Of a stretch of 64,000 bases of DNA, positions 9,523 through 19,936 are shown in pieces. Every line of letters starts with the position of its first letter. Positions within the stretch are counted from its first letter, which is position 1. Location of the stretch: the IMG/VR virus record IMGVR_UViG_3300030433_001936, positions 1 through 64,000 of that record. The stretch is one strand, 5' to 3'. Source of the DNA: a virus. Taxonomy: Duplodnaviria > Caudoviricetes. Under the pieces are notes generated by a model. It saw only the letters and a list, made by a program, of their open reading frames with translations, ran no database searches and was not told where the DNA came from. The position numbers and the translations under genes are program-made.

Positions 9523-10946
9523 ATCCCCAACACGCTTTCAGGAAACACATCGCCAATTTCATCCAAATCAACGATGCGGTCCTTGAACTCGGTAGTAGCC
9601 CAGTGAGCCAACGCTAAAGAGATTACCATGTCATCGTGCCGACCAATGGATTCCAATTTACCTGTCTTTGACATACCGAACAACAACAGTTCTTGCTTCA
9701 ATTCCGCCATCATATCACGGGAATAATCGTCGCCAGTGGGCAATGTTATCTGTTCCCGTTCAAATTTCAACACCAAACCCATCAGCAATGATTCACGCTT
9801 GGTCTTTGACGATATGAATGTCTTAATTGGCAGGTCTGTGTTAGCACGGAGTTCAGTTGCGAACACCCTTTGGAAGTGGTTGGCTTCCAATTCAATCACT
9901 TCGGGACGGAATTTGCTGTTCAGTCGTGTGATTTCCATGATTTGTGAACGGAAGTCCATGCCTTTTTTCCGTGTGATATGGACGATTTCCAACTGATTGG
10001 GGGTATCGGAAGGCATACGCAACACGGTCATCACGGTATAGTCGGCTTGTCGGTCAGATGAAATGGCTGGGTCCCAGCCAATGAAGTACTGGTCGTCATC
10101 ATTGCCACCGTCCTTTTCGGTATATGCCCGACTGACCAATGTGTGGTGGCGAGATTCGCATGGTGCGAGTACACTTGACGGGAATAAACTGGATGAATCG
10201 TCAATTGGTTCGCACAGATATTCACGGGTGAATGCAACTGCGGGCATATCCCGTCTTCGTGCTTCCAACGCATCCAAATCCCATCGCTCTGGCCACAATG
10301 GTTCGCCTTGCGGGTTGATGGCGGGGTATGTTTCCACCAAATACCCTGGCTTTGCTTCCAATTCGGTGTAAAGGTCAGTTGGTGTGAACGGTGTGCCGAC
10401 AATGCACAGTTGTGAAGTGTGGTGGAGTGTCGGAACGAGAACTTCATAGAACCATGATGCAACACGCTTCAGTTCGGTTTCAGTTGTTCCCCACAGAATG
10501 TCATCGCAAAGAATGATGTCGGGGTGAGCGCCACGAACACCACCGCCAACCGACTTGGCAGTGATACGAGAACCGTTGGTGAATCCGAAATATGTCTTTG
10601 CCCATGCATCACGCTTCTTCATTTTCGCCAACATTGGGATGCTTTCAATCATGTCATTGAGAAATCGCATGTGGCGGATGGTCTGGTCAAGACTGTGGCT
10701 GAAAATCATGGCATCCGTGTTGGGGGTGAAGCACACCTTCCACAACAAAAACGACAAGAATGCCACTGATTTACCGTGGTCGCGAGATGCTTTGACGCAA
10801 TATCGGTTATGCGTCATCAAATTGTCAATCCACTTGGCGTGATGATTGGCTAACTGCCATCCGCATATGTCTTCAAAGAAGAATTGGAAGTCTTTCTTGC
10901 ACATTTCAAAGTCAATCTCTTGAATGACTTCGTCAATGTTGCTCAA
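9519..10946 (-). CDS. terL: Terminase large subunit
   Basis: Walker A-like ASRDHGKS, Walker B ILCDD, VGTP coupling motif, nuclease IGWDPA, IELEAN, HDDMVISLALA. Confidence 0.93.
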   Translation of the reverse strand: MSNIDEVIQEIDFEMCKKDFQFFFEDICGWQLANHHAKWIDNLMTHNRYCVKASRDHGKSVAFLSFLLWKVCFTPNTDAMIFSHSLDQTIRHMRFLNDMIESIPMLAKMKKRDAWAKTYFGFTNGSRITAKSVGGGVRGAHPDIILCDDILWGTTETELKRVASWFYEVLVPTLHHTSQLCIVGTPFTPTDLYTELEAKPGYLVETYPAINPQGEPLWPERWDLDALEARRRDMPAVAFTREYLCEPIDDSSSLFPSSVLAPCESRHHTLVSRAYTEKDGGNDDDQYFIGWDPAISSDRQADYTVMTVLRMPSDTPNQLEIVHITRKKGMDFRSQIMEITRLNSKFRPEVIELEANHFQRVFATELRANTDLPIKTFISSKTKRESLLMGLVLKFEREQITLPTGDDYSRDMMAELKQELLLFGMSKTGKLESIGRHDDMVISLALAHWATTEFKDRIVDLDEIGDVFPESVLGI

Positions 10947-10962
10947 TCAATCCACCACCCCA

Positions 10963-12135
10963 TCAGTTTCCTTTCAAGATGTCTTGGATGCGAGAGAATG
11001 CGTCATTGCTGTTTTGGAAAATGCCCGCTTGGTTGCCTTGTGCAAACATGCCAGGTCCCTGTGGTGCTTGTTGTTGCGCCACTTGTCCTGCCGTTGCGGG
11101 GTCAACCTGTGCGGTTGGTTCACGCTCAATGAGTTCGTGTTGACCTTGATTGGGGTCAGGTGTTGAAACGGGTGCGCCCGATGCTGCTGTTGGTGGAGTC
11201 GCTGCTGGTGGTGCTTGTTGTGGTGGTTGTTGTTGTGCCTGTGCAGCGCGTTGTTGTTGCCGTGCCAAAGCAGGGTTTTGTTGTTGCAGGTTTGCTTGTT
11301 GTTGTGCGCCCGCTTCTTGGAATGCGTTTTGCACACCTTGAACCGCTTGTTGACCCATGTTCTTCATGCCTTGAACGGCTTTTCCGCCCAAATTCTTCAT
11401 AGCGCCAGCGACTTGACCGACTTTGCCCATTGCACCTTGTCCCGTTTGGAAATTTTGTGCTTGTTGTTGTGCGCCACTGCGGGCTGCTTGTGCGCCTTGC
11501 TTAGCAGCGTCCGTTGCCAATTGGTTCAAACCGCCTTCGCCACCCATGACTTTGCCGTATTGACCCGATTGCTTTCCTTTGTGGGCTTGATACATTGAAC
11601 CGCCAATGCCAGCAAGAACTCCGAGTGGGTTGCCCGTAGCCAATCCGCCCGCTAGTCCTGCACCCATGTGGCGAAGACCACGACCCAATGCGGGAGCAGC
11701 CCTTTCCTTAGCCCATGTTTTGAATCGTGAACCGAGTCCTTCCTTTGGTGCGTGAGATTGCATGTTGCCACCCGCAGTGCCTTGAGATGCACCGCCCGAC
11801 AATTGTTCCGACCCTTCTTGGAATTGCGGAAGCATGTTCATTGCTGCTTGGCGGTTTGCTTGTCCCAATCCCTTGCCAGGGCGTTGTGGATTGAAATTTT
11901 TGATGATTGAATCAATGTAAGTGAAGACGGCAGTGGACTTTGTGAACGAATCGCCTTGCAATACCCATGCCATTTCTTGGCGTGTGCCGTCATATTTGTG
12001 CATGACTTCAACAGCAGCGCGGTCTGCGCCTTTGTAAAGCGATTCAAGTTCAAACTCCCGAACAACACGGTTGTAAATTGCTTCATTCAACAAACTACGA
12101 CTTTCGTATCCGCCACGGGGGTTGTAATTGCTCAT
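10963..12135 (-). CDS. Hypothetical Q/A/G-rich low-complexity protein
   Basis: 390 aa with a long Gln/Ala/Gly-rich tract. Confidence 0.7.
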   Translation of the reverse strand: MSNYNPRGGYESRSLLNEAIYNRVVREFELESLYKGADRAAVEVMHKYDGTRQEMAWVLQGDSFTKSTAVFTYIDSIIKNFNPQRPGKGLGQANRQAAMNMLPQFQEGSEQLSGGASQGTAGGNMQSHAPKEGLGSRFKTWAKERAAPALGRGLRHMGAGLAGGLATGNPLGVLAGIGGSMYQAHKGKQSGQYGKVMGGEGGLNQLATDAAKQGAQAARSGAQQQAQNFQTGQGAMGKVGQVAGAMKNLGGKAVQGMKNMGQQAVQGVQNAFQEAGAQQQANLQQQNPALARQQQRAAQAQQQPPQQAPPAATPPTAASGAPVSTPDPNQGQHELIEREPTAQVDPATAGQVAQQQAPQGPGMFAQGNQAGIFQNSNDAFSRIQDILKGN

Positions 12136-14183
12136 TCAATACCACCAAATGCCACTTTGACAGTGCTAACCACAGTGGGCGACACTGATAATGCTTTCGC
12201 GACATTTAACCAATCCCCACGCACTTCAGTGATACTGAAAATGTCTTGTGGAGTGAGATGGAATTTGTTTGCCATGACCATCAAATCGTCATAATTTTCA
12301 CGGTTCATCGTGCGGTGTGGCAACATCTTCAACACTTCAGGGTTGCGAGACGCTTCCTTCTTTTGGATTGATTCCATTGCTTCAAGCAATCGTGTTTCGG
12401 CTTCGCCCAATCCATCCGAAAACGAGAACAAACTGCGTTGAGCGGGGTCAGCAGGTGGGTCAGGTGGTGCGGGTGCGGGTGCTTGCACCACTGCATGCGA
12501 ATCCATAACCGCCTGACTTGGCACTGACCGCCAATTTTGCGGTAGTGTTGGTCGGGGGTATGCTTCTTCGGGATGCCCACGCTCAAAGTCAATTTGATTC
12601 AAGCCTTGCAACCCTTCAGACCTTGCGATTCGCCCTTCAGCGATTTGATGATAGATGCGTCGGATTTCCTGTGATGTCAAATGCGATGGTGTCCCCGCAT
12701 GAAGTGGTTCACCACTGTGTTGATTCCAAACTTGATTCAAATCATGCCCCATTTCATGTGCGCCACCAAACAATGCCAACGACTCTTGCGCCCTTGCCAT
12801 TTTACCTTGACCATATGCGCCACCCGTATATCGCTGTGCGTGTCCGTGGTGTTTGTCCCACACATGGGAATGTTCACCAGGTTTCAGTTCCCACATGGTT
12901 GGGTCTTGTTTGTATTCTTGATACAGTGCATCTAAGTCATCACCCATACCCATTGGTTGTGTTTTACGCCATTGGGCAGGTGATTTAGCCCGACCAGGGT
13001 GAATACCCGTGGCTTGTCCCAACACATCGTATGTTCGGGTGTACGCACTTAACAAACCGACTTTCTTCCCATCAGTCAGCAATGCGGATATGGGCGCACG
13101 GGCTAAATCAAAAATTTGATTTTCGTTTAATCCCAATCCCAACAGTGCGTTTTCGGTTTTGAGCATGTCAATGGTCTTTGCAGATGGTCTTCCACCACGA
13201 ATCGGGATACGGAAGAAGGCATCGGGGTGATGTGGAATGGTCAATTCGGGTGCAATTTCACCGTAGTGTGAGTTCTGCGCCCGTTCCCTTTCCTGTGCGG
13301 GTGTCAATGTTCGCATACCACGATGACCTTCCGTGCTTCCTTCACGGGACATCATTGGATTCATCATGTGTGGTTCAATGTAGGGTTGGTGGACGAAGTC
13401 CATTGACATCCCACGCCCCAATCTGCGATTGAGAACTTCCTTCAGTTCTTTGTAAAACGGAACTGCACCCGATTCGGGATACGGACCTCGCTCGGGTTCA
13501 CCCTTTGTTGTGCCACTGTTCATGTAAAATGTAATCAAACGACCCATTGCATCCCTAATTGGCATGCGGTCAGATGGCAACACGCGATGTCCTTCCCGCT
13601 TTTCTTCATCCTTCGGGAATGCGCCCATGACGGTGCTTAACCACTCGGGTCGTGTGCCGTTTTCATCGTATAGTGGTGGCAAACGGTCATCGGGATTGCG
13701 TTGTTCGTTAAACAATTCAATGGCTTCCTGCACGGCTTCCATTGCCAAGTGATATGAGAACGGAATACCGTGGTCGCTTCGCCCAACAAGTGGCAAACCG
13801 TCAGTTGATTGTGCAAATCCCTTCTTTTCAATGAAATCATGGATACCTTTGACTACGGCTTCAACGGGGAACAATACTCTTCCGTTGCCACCTTCATCGC
13901 CACCGAATTCGTGATTCCATCCCGATATTCCACGCCCGTTTGGAACATGGGTATCGTGATGTCCGTGTGCATGGTGTGTGAGTGTTGCGTATTGACCCGT
14001 TGCAGGGTCAATGTTGTGATAATCAATGTCAAACGGATGGTGGTTTGCAAGCAATTCACCGTAGTGTTCGGGGTGATAACCCACTGGCACGATGTCGCCA
14101 GCAGCGTTTGTTGAATAAACACCCTTTGATTTGAGAATCATGTCATTGCTTTTGGCAATAACCATGTTGTGAAAATCAGACAT
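12132..14183 (-). CDS. Large hypothetical protein, probably virion/morphogenesis
   Basis: Start moved to ATG 14183 (MSDFHNMVIAKS) behind a GGGGAGG RBS; His-rich N-terminal part. Confidence 0.7.
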   Translation of the reverse strand: MSDFHNMVIAKSNDMILKSKGVYSTNAAGDIVPVGYHPEHYGELLANHHPFDIDYHNIDPATGQYATLTHHAHGHHDTHVPNGRGISGWNHEFGGDEGGNGRVLFPVEAVVKGIHDFIEKKGFAQSTDGLPLVGRSDHGIPFSYHLAMEAVQEAIELFNEQRNPDDRLPPLYDENGTRPEWLSTVMGAFPKDEEKREGHRVLPSDRMPIRDAMGRLITFYMNSGTTKGEPERGPYPESGAVPFYKELKEVLNRRLGRGMSMDFVHQPYIEPHMMNPMMSREGSTEGHRGMRTLTPAQERERAQNSHYGEIAPELTIPHHPDAFFRIPIRGGRPSAKTIDMLKTENALLGLGLNENQIFDLARAPISALLTDGKKVGLLSAYTRTYDVLGQATGIHPGRAKSPAQWRKTQPMGMGDDLDALYQEYKQDPTMWELKPGEHSHVWDKHHGHAQRYTGGAYGQGKMARAQESLALFGGAHEMGHDLNQVWNQHSGEPLHAGTPSHLTSQEIRRIYHQIAEGRIARSEGLQGLNQIDFERGHPEEAYPRPTLPQNWRSVPSQAVMDSHAVVQAPAPAPPDPPADPAQRSLFSFSDGLGEAETRLLEAMESIQKKEASRNPEVLKMLPHRTMNRENYDDLMVMANKFHLTPQDIFSITEVRGDWLNVAKALSVSPTVVSTVKVAFGGIE

Positions 14184-15522
14184 TTGAACCTCCCCTTCTG
14201 CTATACATGCCAGCAGCGTCAGCGCCCCAATATCGGGGGTCGTCTTCGGGGTCAGATTCGGTTGCACCTTCGTTTCGTGATGTCTTTTGAGGTCCGTTGG
14301 ACGGTGCTTCAACCATACCGTCATTGTTTGACCCACCACCTGATATGCCCATCAAACTCTTTCGTGGCAATCGTGATAACAAGTGCTTCAGTTCACGAAG
14401 CAGGTCTTTGAATTCGTGTGTGTCAATGGATGTGAGACCAGGTCCGAGATGACGGACATATGCCTTTGACACTTCCACCAATTCTTCCAATTCTGCCTTT
14501 GCAATCCGTGGCATACGGGGCGCACGGGGCTTTGGTGGACCTCGCAATGCACGGCTAGGACCTTGACGCATTGCTTGAGCCTGACCTGGCATCAATCGCA
14601 TCCTTCCCGACCCTGCTTGACCTGGATATCTCAATTGTCCCAATTGTTCACGGGGAGCGTGTGGTGTATATGGCAACATAACACCTGCACCACCAGCGCC
14701 ACGGTATGCGGATTGACGACCCAACCATGAAATGTACTTGCCAGGGTTTTCCAACCGACCAGGTCTTGGCTTTCCGACCAATGAACCGACACCCAAGTGG
14801 TGTGGGCTTAGCGTATATCGCTGACGCATCATACCCGTCTTTGAATTTGAACGAAGGCTTTTGCCTCCCTGCCCTTTGATGTTGCCAAACAACCGTTGGT
14901 GAACGGATGCACGACGCTTTGTTGAAGCCCACGGACTTCTTCCACCGATTGGTCGTGGGAATGCAGTTACTCGGTGTGCTTTTCTGCCTTTGACACCGCC
15001 AGGTCCGATACCTGACCGCATTTTGCGGTCAACAGATTCCAATGTTTCAGTGCCAACGGGGTCGCCCAACACTTTGAGAAGCAAACCGTCCCATGCTTGT
15101 TCCATTGCTTCGCTTCGTGTCAGTCCGAATGCACCCATTGTCGGCAGTTGTGGTGGGATTTCACCCATTGCCGACCCCGTGCCTGTTCGTGCGCCAACGG
15201 CTTGGTCAAGATTTTCGCCCATGCTTCCCGCAGGACCTGTGTTTTCCGAGATTTCGTTTTGTTCAGCCAACGGTGTGGATTCTTCAAACGGTTCTTCTTC
15301 GTGGTCTTTCTTTGTTGAAATTTTGAGATGTTGCAATCCCGTCCACTTGCGTTGTTGTTCTTCACGGGATTCCTTCTTCTTTTGCGATTCCAACTCCCTT
15401 TGGTCGGGGTCGCCAGGTGCATAGACTTCTTCATCATCCGCATACATGAATTCTTCAGATTCACTGCGCGGACTATACATCCGTGTGTCAGAACCAGTGC
15501 CTTGCTTCACGATTCTTGACAC
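14176..15522 (-). CDS. Hypothetical protein with acidic N-terminus, basic G/R-rich middle and an AW..LK-like motif
   Basis: 448 aa; MEQAWDGLLLK at 15073-15105. Confidence 0.7.
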   Translation of the reverse strand: MSRIVKQGTGSDTRMYSPRSESEEFMYADDEEVYAPGDPDQRELESQKKKESREEQQRKWTGLQHLKISTKKDHEEEPFEESTPLAEQNEISENTGPAGSMGENLDQAVGARTGTGSAMGEIPPQLPTMGAFGLTRSEAMEQAWDGLLLKVLGDPVGTETLESVDRKMRSGIGPGGVKGRKAHRVTAFPRPIGGRSPWASTKRRASVHQRLFGNIKGQGGKSLRSNSKTGMMRQRYTLSPHHLGVGSLVGKPRPGRLENPGKYISWLGRQSAYRGAGGAGVMLPYTPHAPREQLGQLRYPGQAGSGRMRLMPGQAQAMRQGPSRALRGPPKPRAPRMPRIAKAELEELVEVSKAYVRHLGPGLTSIDTHEFKDLLRELKHLLSRLPRKSLMGISGGGSNNDGMVEAPSNGPQKTSRNEGATESDPEDDPRYWGADAAGMYSRRGGSNV

Positions 15523-15533
15523 ACCGAACCACC

Positions 15534-15941
15534 TTACTGCATTTTTAGTAGTTCGCTAAGGACTTGCGCCCCAAAGTGTTCGGCTTTGGTTGTGATTTCG
15601 GGTTTGCTGTCCCGTGTTTTGGCTTCAGCCCGCAACTCGGACAACGCAGACGATGTCGTGTCGTCGTCGTCATTAGCGGGGTTATCAATGTGTGCCATAA
15701 CTTCGGGGTGGTATCCTACGCTTCCACCTTCATCATGCCCTGGTTTGTGTGGCATGCCGTGATGTGGGTCATCAGGGTTTTCGGGGAAAACGCCAACACT
15801 GTGTGGAACATAAATCAGTTCGTCTTTGTAGCGAAACACATCATGCGGTTCATCATCCTTCATTTCTGTTCGCAAAAACTTGGCATCATCGGGCAAACTA
15901 ACGCCCTTTAGAATACTCATCATGTCTTTCAGTACACTCAT
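15534..15941 (-). CDS. Hypothetical protein
   Basis: 135 aa, 4-nt overlap with its upstream neighbour. Confidence 0.65.
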   Translation of the reverse strand: MSVLKDMMSILKGVSLPDDAKFLRTEMKDDEPHDVFRYKDELIYVPHSVGVFPENPDDPHHGMPHKPGHDEGGSVGYHPEVMAHIDNPANDDDDTTSSALSELRAEAKTRDSKPEITTKAEHFGAQVLSELLKMQ

Positions 15942-16378
15942 ACGAAATCCTCCACTATTGATTCAAAGGTGGAACGGATACGGGATGCCAAATTGTGATA
16001 GAAGTCATGGATTTCAGCAGGACCTGTAAATGGTCGTGCCATGTCATCACAAAATTGGTCAAATTGGTTGACCATCAAAGCAAAGCGTTGGCGCAATGGC
16101 CAGGCTTCTTCGGGGTCATCGTTTTCATATACGGCTTCAACGGTATCACGGAGCATTGCTACAAATTCATAGCGTGAATCTGCCCAACCTTCGGGGGTTG
16201 GTGCGATTCGCCCGACCAAATCCACCCAAACTCCAACGCTCGCTTGAAGCGTGTTGAAGAATGTGATGACATCTTCTTCGGGGATTGCGCCTTCTTCGGT
16301 CAAAATTTCTGCGCGTGGCATTTCCACACACATTAAATCGGCTACGGGAACGGAAACATAAGTCGGTTTGTCATTCAT
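15938..16378 (-). CDS. Hypothetical acidic helical protein
   Basis: 146 aa in operon context. Confidence 0.65.
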   Translation of the reverse strand: MNDKPTYVSVPVADLMCVEMPRAEILTEEGAIPEEDVITFFNTLQASVGVWVDLVGRIAPTPEGWADSRYEFVAMLRDTVEAVYENDDPEEAWPLRQRFALMVNQFDQFCDDMARPFTGPAEIHDFYHNLASRIRSTFESIVEDFV

Positions 16379-17072
16379 CTTGGCTCACCTCAATTACATC
16401 CGACGCATCCGTATTCAATAAGGATTCCCGCACCCGTCGCCATGTGTCGGGCGATTCTTTCGCCAATTCAATCTTCATGATGTTGATGGTGTCTGCCTTC
16501 ATATTGGTTTCAGACAACGACATCCCCGTGCCGTCTTGGATTTTGATGATGTCCTTCACCGTTTCACGGACTTCTTTGCTCAAGCCCGTCAAATTACGGA
16601 CATATTGCGGGTCATTTCTGTCGGCTTCATCCAACATCAATTCCAATTCCCCGTTCAACCGTTCAGCGTTCTTTCGCAGTTGGTCAATCTCTTCGCCAGC
16701 AGCCAACGCAATGATTGGGGCTGCTGATGCTTTGACGATTGGCTTCAAATGATGACGCATGTGGTGATAAACAGTGGATTCAGCACATCCCAATAGTTCT
16801 GCAATGTCAGCAGATGGGAAGCCTTCAATCATGTAGCGATGTTCAAGTTCTGCCCGTTGGTCGGATGTGCAAACTACGCATTGTGAATTTGAACCCATGT
16901 GATATTCGCCCATGTGATTGCGAAAATGGCGGTCAGATGTGCCTTCACGCCATCCCATGTCCTTATCCAATTGCTTCGGGACACTGATTCCCGACACCAA
17001 ATCCTGTTCAAAAGAATCGCGTGATTCATGCACACAAAAGGGACATGACTTGCGTGTGATTCTCTCCGCCAT
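16371..17072 (-). CDS. Putative terminase small subunit (two Zn/HTH units plus coiled coil)
   Basis: CPFCVH..RHFRNH and CVVCTS..SADIAELLGCAESTVYHHMRHH, followed by a helical oligomerisation-like region; first gene of the packaging operon. Confidence 0.5.
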   Translation of the reverse strand: MAERITRKSCPFCVHESRDSFEQDLVSGISVPKQLDKDMGWREGTSDRHFRNHMGEYHMGSNSQCVVCTSDQRAELEHRYMIEGFPSADIAELLGCAESTVYHHMRHHLKPIVKASAAPIIALAAGEEIDQLRKNAERLNGELELMLDEADRNDPQYVRNLTGLSKEVRETVKDIIKIQDGTGMSLSETNMKADTINIMKIELAKESPDTWRRVRESLLNTDASDVIEVSQDE

Positions 17073-17120
17073 TGGTCAGTCGTAGCAATGGTTATGAAAT
17101 GAACCTTTTGTAAAACTACT

Positions 17121-17363
17121 ATGGGCAGGTTGGGTCGTGCGCCAAAAAAGAACTCGTTGCCAAAAACACTGAAAGAATTGGGTGTAGCGGGCATTGACAT
17201 TGCGTTGGGGCGCACAGTTTCGCCCGCCAAAGCGAATGAACGGTTGAGTATGTGCAAAGATTGTGAATACTACAACGGTTCACGGTGCAAACTGTGTGGT
17301 TGCTTTATGCAAACCAAAGTGGGGTTGAAGAATTCCACTTGCCCGATTCATAAATGGGACTAG
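17121..17363 (+). CDS. Small Cys-rich protein of a common phage family (RL..CxxC..CxxCGC..CP..KW)
   Basis: RLSMCKDCEYYNGSRCKLCGCFMQTKVGLKNSTCPIHKW. Confidence 0.75.
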   Translation: MGRLGRAPKKNSLPKTLKELGVAGIDIALGRTVSPAKANERLSMCKDCEYYNGSRCKLCGCFMQTKVGLKNSTCPIHKWD

Positions 17364-17620
17364 CGAGATAACCGACGATATACCGTCCCCGCCAATACGA
17401 AGAACCCCATGACCATGACGACAATCCATGTGAGATTGTCGCCACTCAATTGGTTGCCACGGGTTGCCAAAATAAGGAATGCACCGAGGAATAGTGAAAT
17501 CACTTGCACCATAATCATGTCAACCATGACACTGTTGCTTGTGTCATGCATGATTTTCCAGCCATCGGATAGTTGACCCACAATGCTTGTTTGTGATTTT
17601 GGTTGTTGACCTGGTTGCAA
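17360..17620 (-). CDS. Small two-TM membrane protein (holin-like topology)
   Basis: Two hydrophobic segments (MIMVQVISLFLGAFLILA; LTWIVVMVMGFFVLAGTVY) and a basic C-terminus. Confidence 0.65.
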   Translation of the reverse strand: MQPGQQPKSQTSIVGQLSDGWKIMHDTSNSVMVDMIMVQVISLFLGAFLILATRGNQLSGDNLTWIVVMVMGFFVLAGTVYRRLSR

Positions 17621-17627
17621 AATTGTA

Positions 17628-18236
17628 TCACCGTCCCGTCAATACTGACCTTACAAATCCACCCGCACCTTGTCCCACAGATTGCAACACCCCTGGGTCT
17701 GCCAATGCGTTATCCAACATACCTTGCATCATGCTTTGTTGTGCCATTTGCAACAGTTGTTGCTGTTGCATGAGCGATTGTTGCACGGCTTGATTGCAGT
17801 TTGATTGCAATTGCGTCATGTCGGCTTGGATGTTTTCGGGTGATAGCGTTTGCAAAGGCGTTGGCAACGATGTTATGTCAACACACAGGTTGCCGTCTTT
17901 GTCTTCAGTGAATTTTGCGTTGCGAAAAAACTCAACCAACGATAGGTTGACGATGTTCGCAATGATGTTGGTCAGTGTTGCGAGATTTTGACCCGATAGG
18001 AATTGTTCAACGGGGCGTTGTTGATGCAACAACCGTGAAACGATTTCCAATTCGGATGGTGGCATCACGGGTTGGTTTGGATTGTACTGACCGCCCGTTG
18101 CACCCGCCATGAACGAATTCATTGCGGATGATTGTTGCTGATACGAATTGAATTGTGGGTGAGAACCGTATTGCTGACCGCCACCCAATGCCATTGGTTG
18201 TTGCGGTTGGGCTTCTTTGTTGCTGAACCACATCAT
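17628..18236 (-). CDS. Hypothetical Gln-rich helical protein
   Basis: 202 aa in the GTPase operon. Confidence 0.65.
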   Translation of the reverse strand: MMWFSNKEAQPQQPMALGGGQQYGSHPQFNSYQQQSSAMNSFMAGATGGQYNPNQPVMPPSELEIVSRLLHQQRPVEQFLSGQNLATLTNIIANIVNLSLVEFFRNAKFTEDKDGNLCVDITSLPTPLQTLSPENIQADMTQLQSNCNQAVQQSLMQQQQLLQMAQQSMMQGMLDNALADPGVLQSVGQGAGGFVRSVLTGR

Positions 18237-18260
18237 AACACCCCAAGCATTGGCAGTTAA

Positions 18261-19226
18261 TCAGGGCTTCGGCACTGCGGGTGCATTGAATTCCACTTGA
18301 TTTTCTTGAATAAGGTCTTGCAACATGCCAACTTGTGCAACTGCAGGTTGAGCCGAAGGAGCAGCATGCAACAGCGGGCTGTTGTCGCCCAATCGTGCGA
18401 ATTGGCGTTGGTCAAACACAATAACAGTCAAATCATTCATGCCCGTTTCTTTGTTGGTGAAGTGTTGGATGGGAATGCCATCAGCCTTCAACATTCGGAA
18501 GAACTCTTCATATTTGACAAGTTGATGTGGAGTGTTGTCATTGTTTGACTTTCGCACAGCAGCGATTGGCACGGCAACGGTGGATACGCCACGCTTCAAC
18601 TTGTCTTTGAGTGTGCCTTTTTCAGTTTCGTGTGCTTTTTCTTCTTCGTCTTCCCATTGGCAAAGCAAATCGTATAGATGCAAATGTTCGGGGCAATATG
18701 TCGCAGTCAATGTTCGTCCACTGGTCACTCCTTCCCGTGCCAAAAATGCACGGGGTTGCCCACTTACTTGGTCAACGAAATACTTGTCCCAAAGGGACAA
18801 TCCCGTTTCTTCATCACGAATATCGGCATAGATGTTGCCAACGATTTGCAAAAGGTTGCCAACATCACAACCATCAACAGCACACTGCGTGGTGTTGTGA
18901 TTGTATCGGTATTTACCGCCAATCCATCGTCGTGGCGACCACCATTTGCGTTTCATTGGTTTCAACAACTGATACGCTTGCTTGATGTCTTTTCGTCTTC
19001 GTTTCTTTGGGTTCGGATGCACACTTGGATAGAAATTGACCTTCGGTATTTCAATGTGCGGTGTTTGTTCGGCAGCAGCCATCATTGCACCCTGCGCTTG
19101 AGCAGCGCTTTGTAGTTGATGCACATTCATGTTGGATTCGGCTGATAACTTCACCAAATCTGCTTGTGTGTTCATTGCCAATTGGTTGTATTGCATTTGT
19201 CGGTTCTTATCAAACATTTTTTTCAA
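18261..19226 (-). CDS. Hypothetical protein with possible Zn site
   Basis: 321 aa; CAVDGC and YCPEHLH; 4-nt overlap with the GTPase gene. Confidence 0.7.
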   Translation of the reverse strand: MKKMFDKNRQMQYNQLAMNTQADLVKLSAESNMNVHQLQSAAQAQGAMMAAAEQTPHIEIPKVNFYPSVHPNPKKRRRKDIKQAYQLLKPMKRKWWSPRRWIGGKYRYNHNTTQCAVDGCDVGNLLQIVGNIYADIRDEETGLSLWDKYFVDQVSGQPRAFLAREGVTSGRTLTATYCPEHLHLYDLLCQWEDEEEKAHETEKGTLKDKLKRGVSTVAVPIAAVRKSNNDNTPHQLVKYEEFFRMLKADGIPIQHFTNKETGMNDLTVIVFDQRQFARLGDNSPLLHAAPSAQPAVAQVGMLQDLIQENQVEFNAPAVPKP

Positions 19227-19936
19227 CTCCCTAACATGTTCATGAGACTGTTCTCAACATTCCACCCGATGCGGGTTGCCATCATACTCACCTGACATAC
19301 AACCCCATGCTTCTGCAATTTTATCATTGCGGGTCGGAATGGGTCAAAAATGCGGTGTTCCCGCAATCGTTGTTGTTGCCAAAGCACACTTGCTTGCTCA
19401 TCCCACCACTTGTCGGCTTTGTTTGCAACCAAAAATACGAACTTGGGTTTGTACTTCTTCCCTTTGATTCGTCTTGACCACCTTCGGTATCGGTATCTGC
19501 GTTCAATGATTGAATCAACGAGATATTCAAAACCTGCAATGGCATCAACAGCGGCAGTACCACCAGTTCGTGAACGGTCATCAAACATGAAAATGATTCC
19601 TTCCACTTGTCGGTCAACCATATCGTCAACCCATAGCGACCAAAATTTGCGTTCACCACCGAGGTCTGCCGAATGCACCACACGCTTTTTCCCTTCATAT
19701 CGGATACGCTTCCGTGTTGGCATTGGCAAAACATAGTCCTTGCCAATCAGTTTTTTGAAATGGGTGGTTCGGTGTTTTTCGCCCAATTCTTCCATTTCGC
19801 CAGGTGTGGTCATATACATGTCAAGTGTGGTTTTGCCGACTTCGGTAGGTCCGTAAATGCCGACCCTTCGTGGCTTCCAATAATCGTACAACTCTTTGCC
19901 GTAAAGAGCAGCACCGAGCAACACTGTTCCTGCCAA
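19223..19936 (-). CDS. Small GTPase, Ras superfamily, Arf/Sar-like
   Basis: G1 GPTEVGKTT, G3 DLGGE, VEGIIFMFDD, G4 ANKAD, G5-like SMMAT; hydrophobic N-terminal helix. Confidence 0.85.
   Translation of the reverse strand: MAGTVLLGAALYGKELYDYWKPRRVGIYGPTEVGKTTLDMYMTTPGEMEELGEKHRTTHFKKLIGKDYVLPMPTRKRIRYEGKKRVVHSADLGGERKFWSLWVDDMVDRQVEGIIFMFDDRSRTGGTAAVDAIAGFEYLVDSIIERRYRYRRWSRRIKGKKYKPKFVFLVANKADKWWDEQASVLWQQQRLREHRIFDPFRPAMIKLQKHGVVCQVSMMATRIGWNVENSLMNMLGS

Noticed and set aside
6061-11560. Short tandem tgt/tgg/gtt repeats near 6060-6290 and 11200-11500
   Set aside because: They are explained by Gln/Pro/Gly low-complexity coding tracts in the portal and the 10963 protein.
1-17072. Major capsid protein / prohead protease
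   Set aside because: No ORF here showed recognisable HK97 or protease motifs; they probably lie beyond the left edge.
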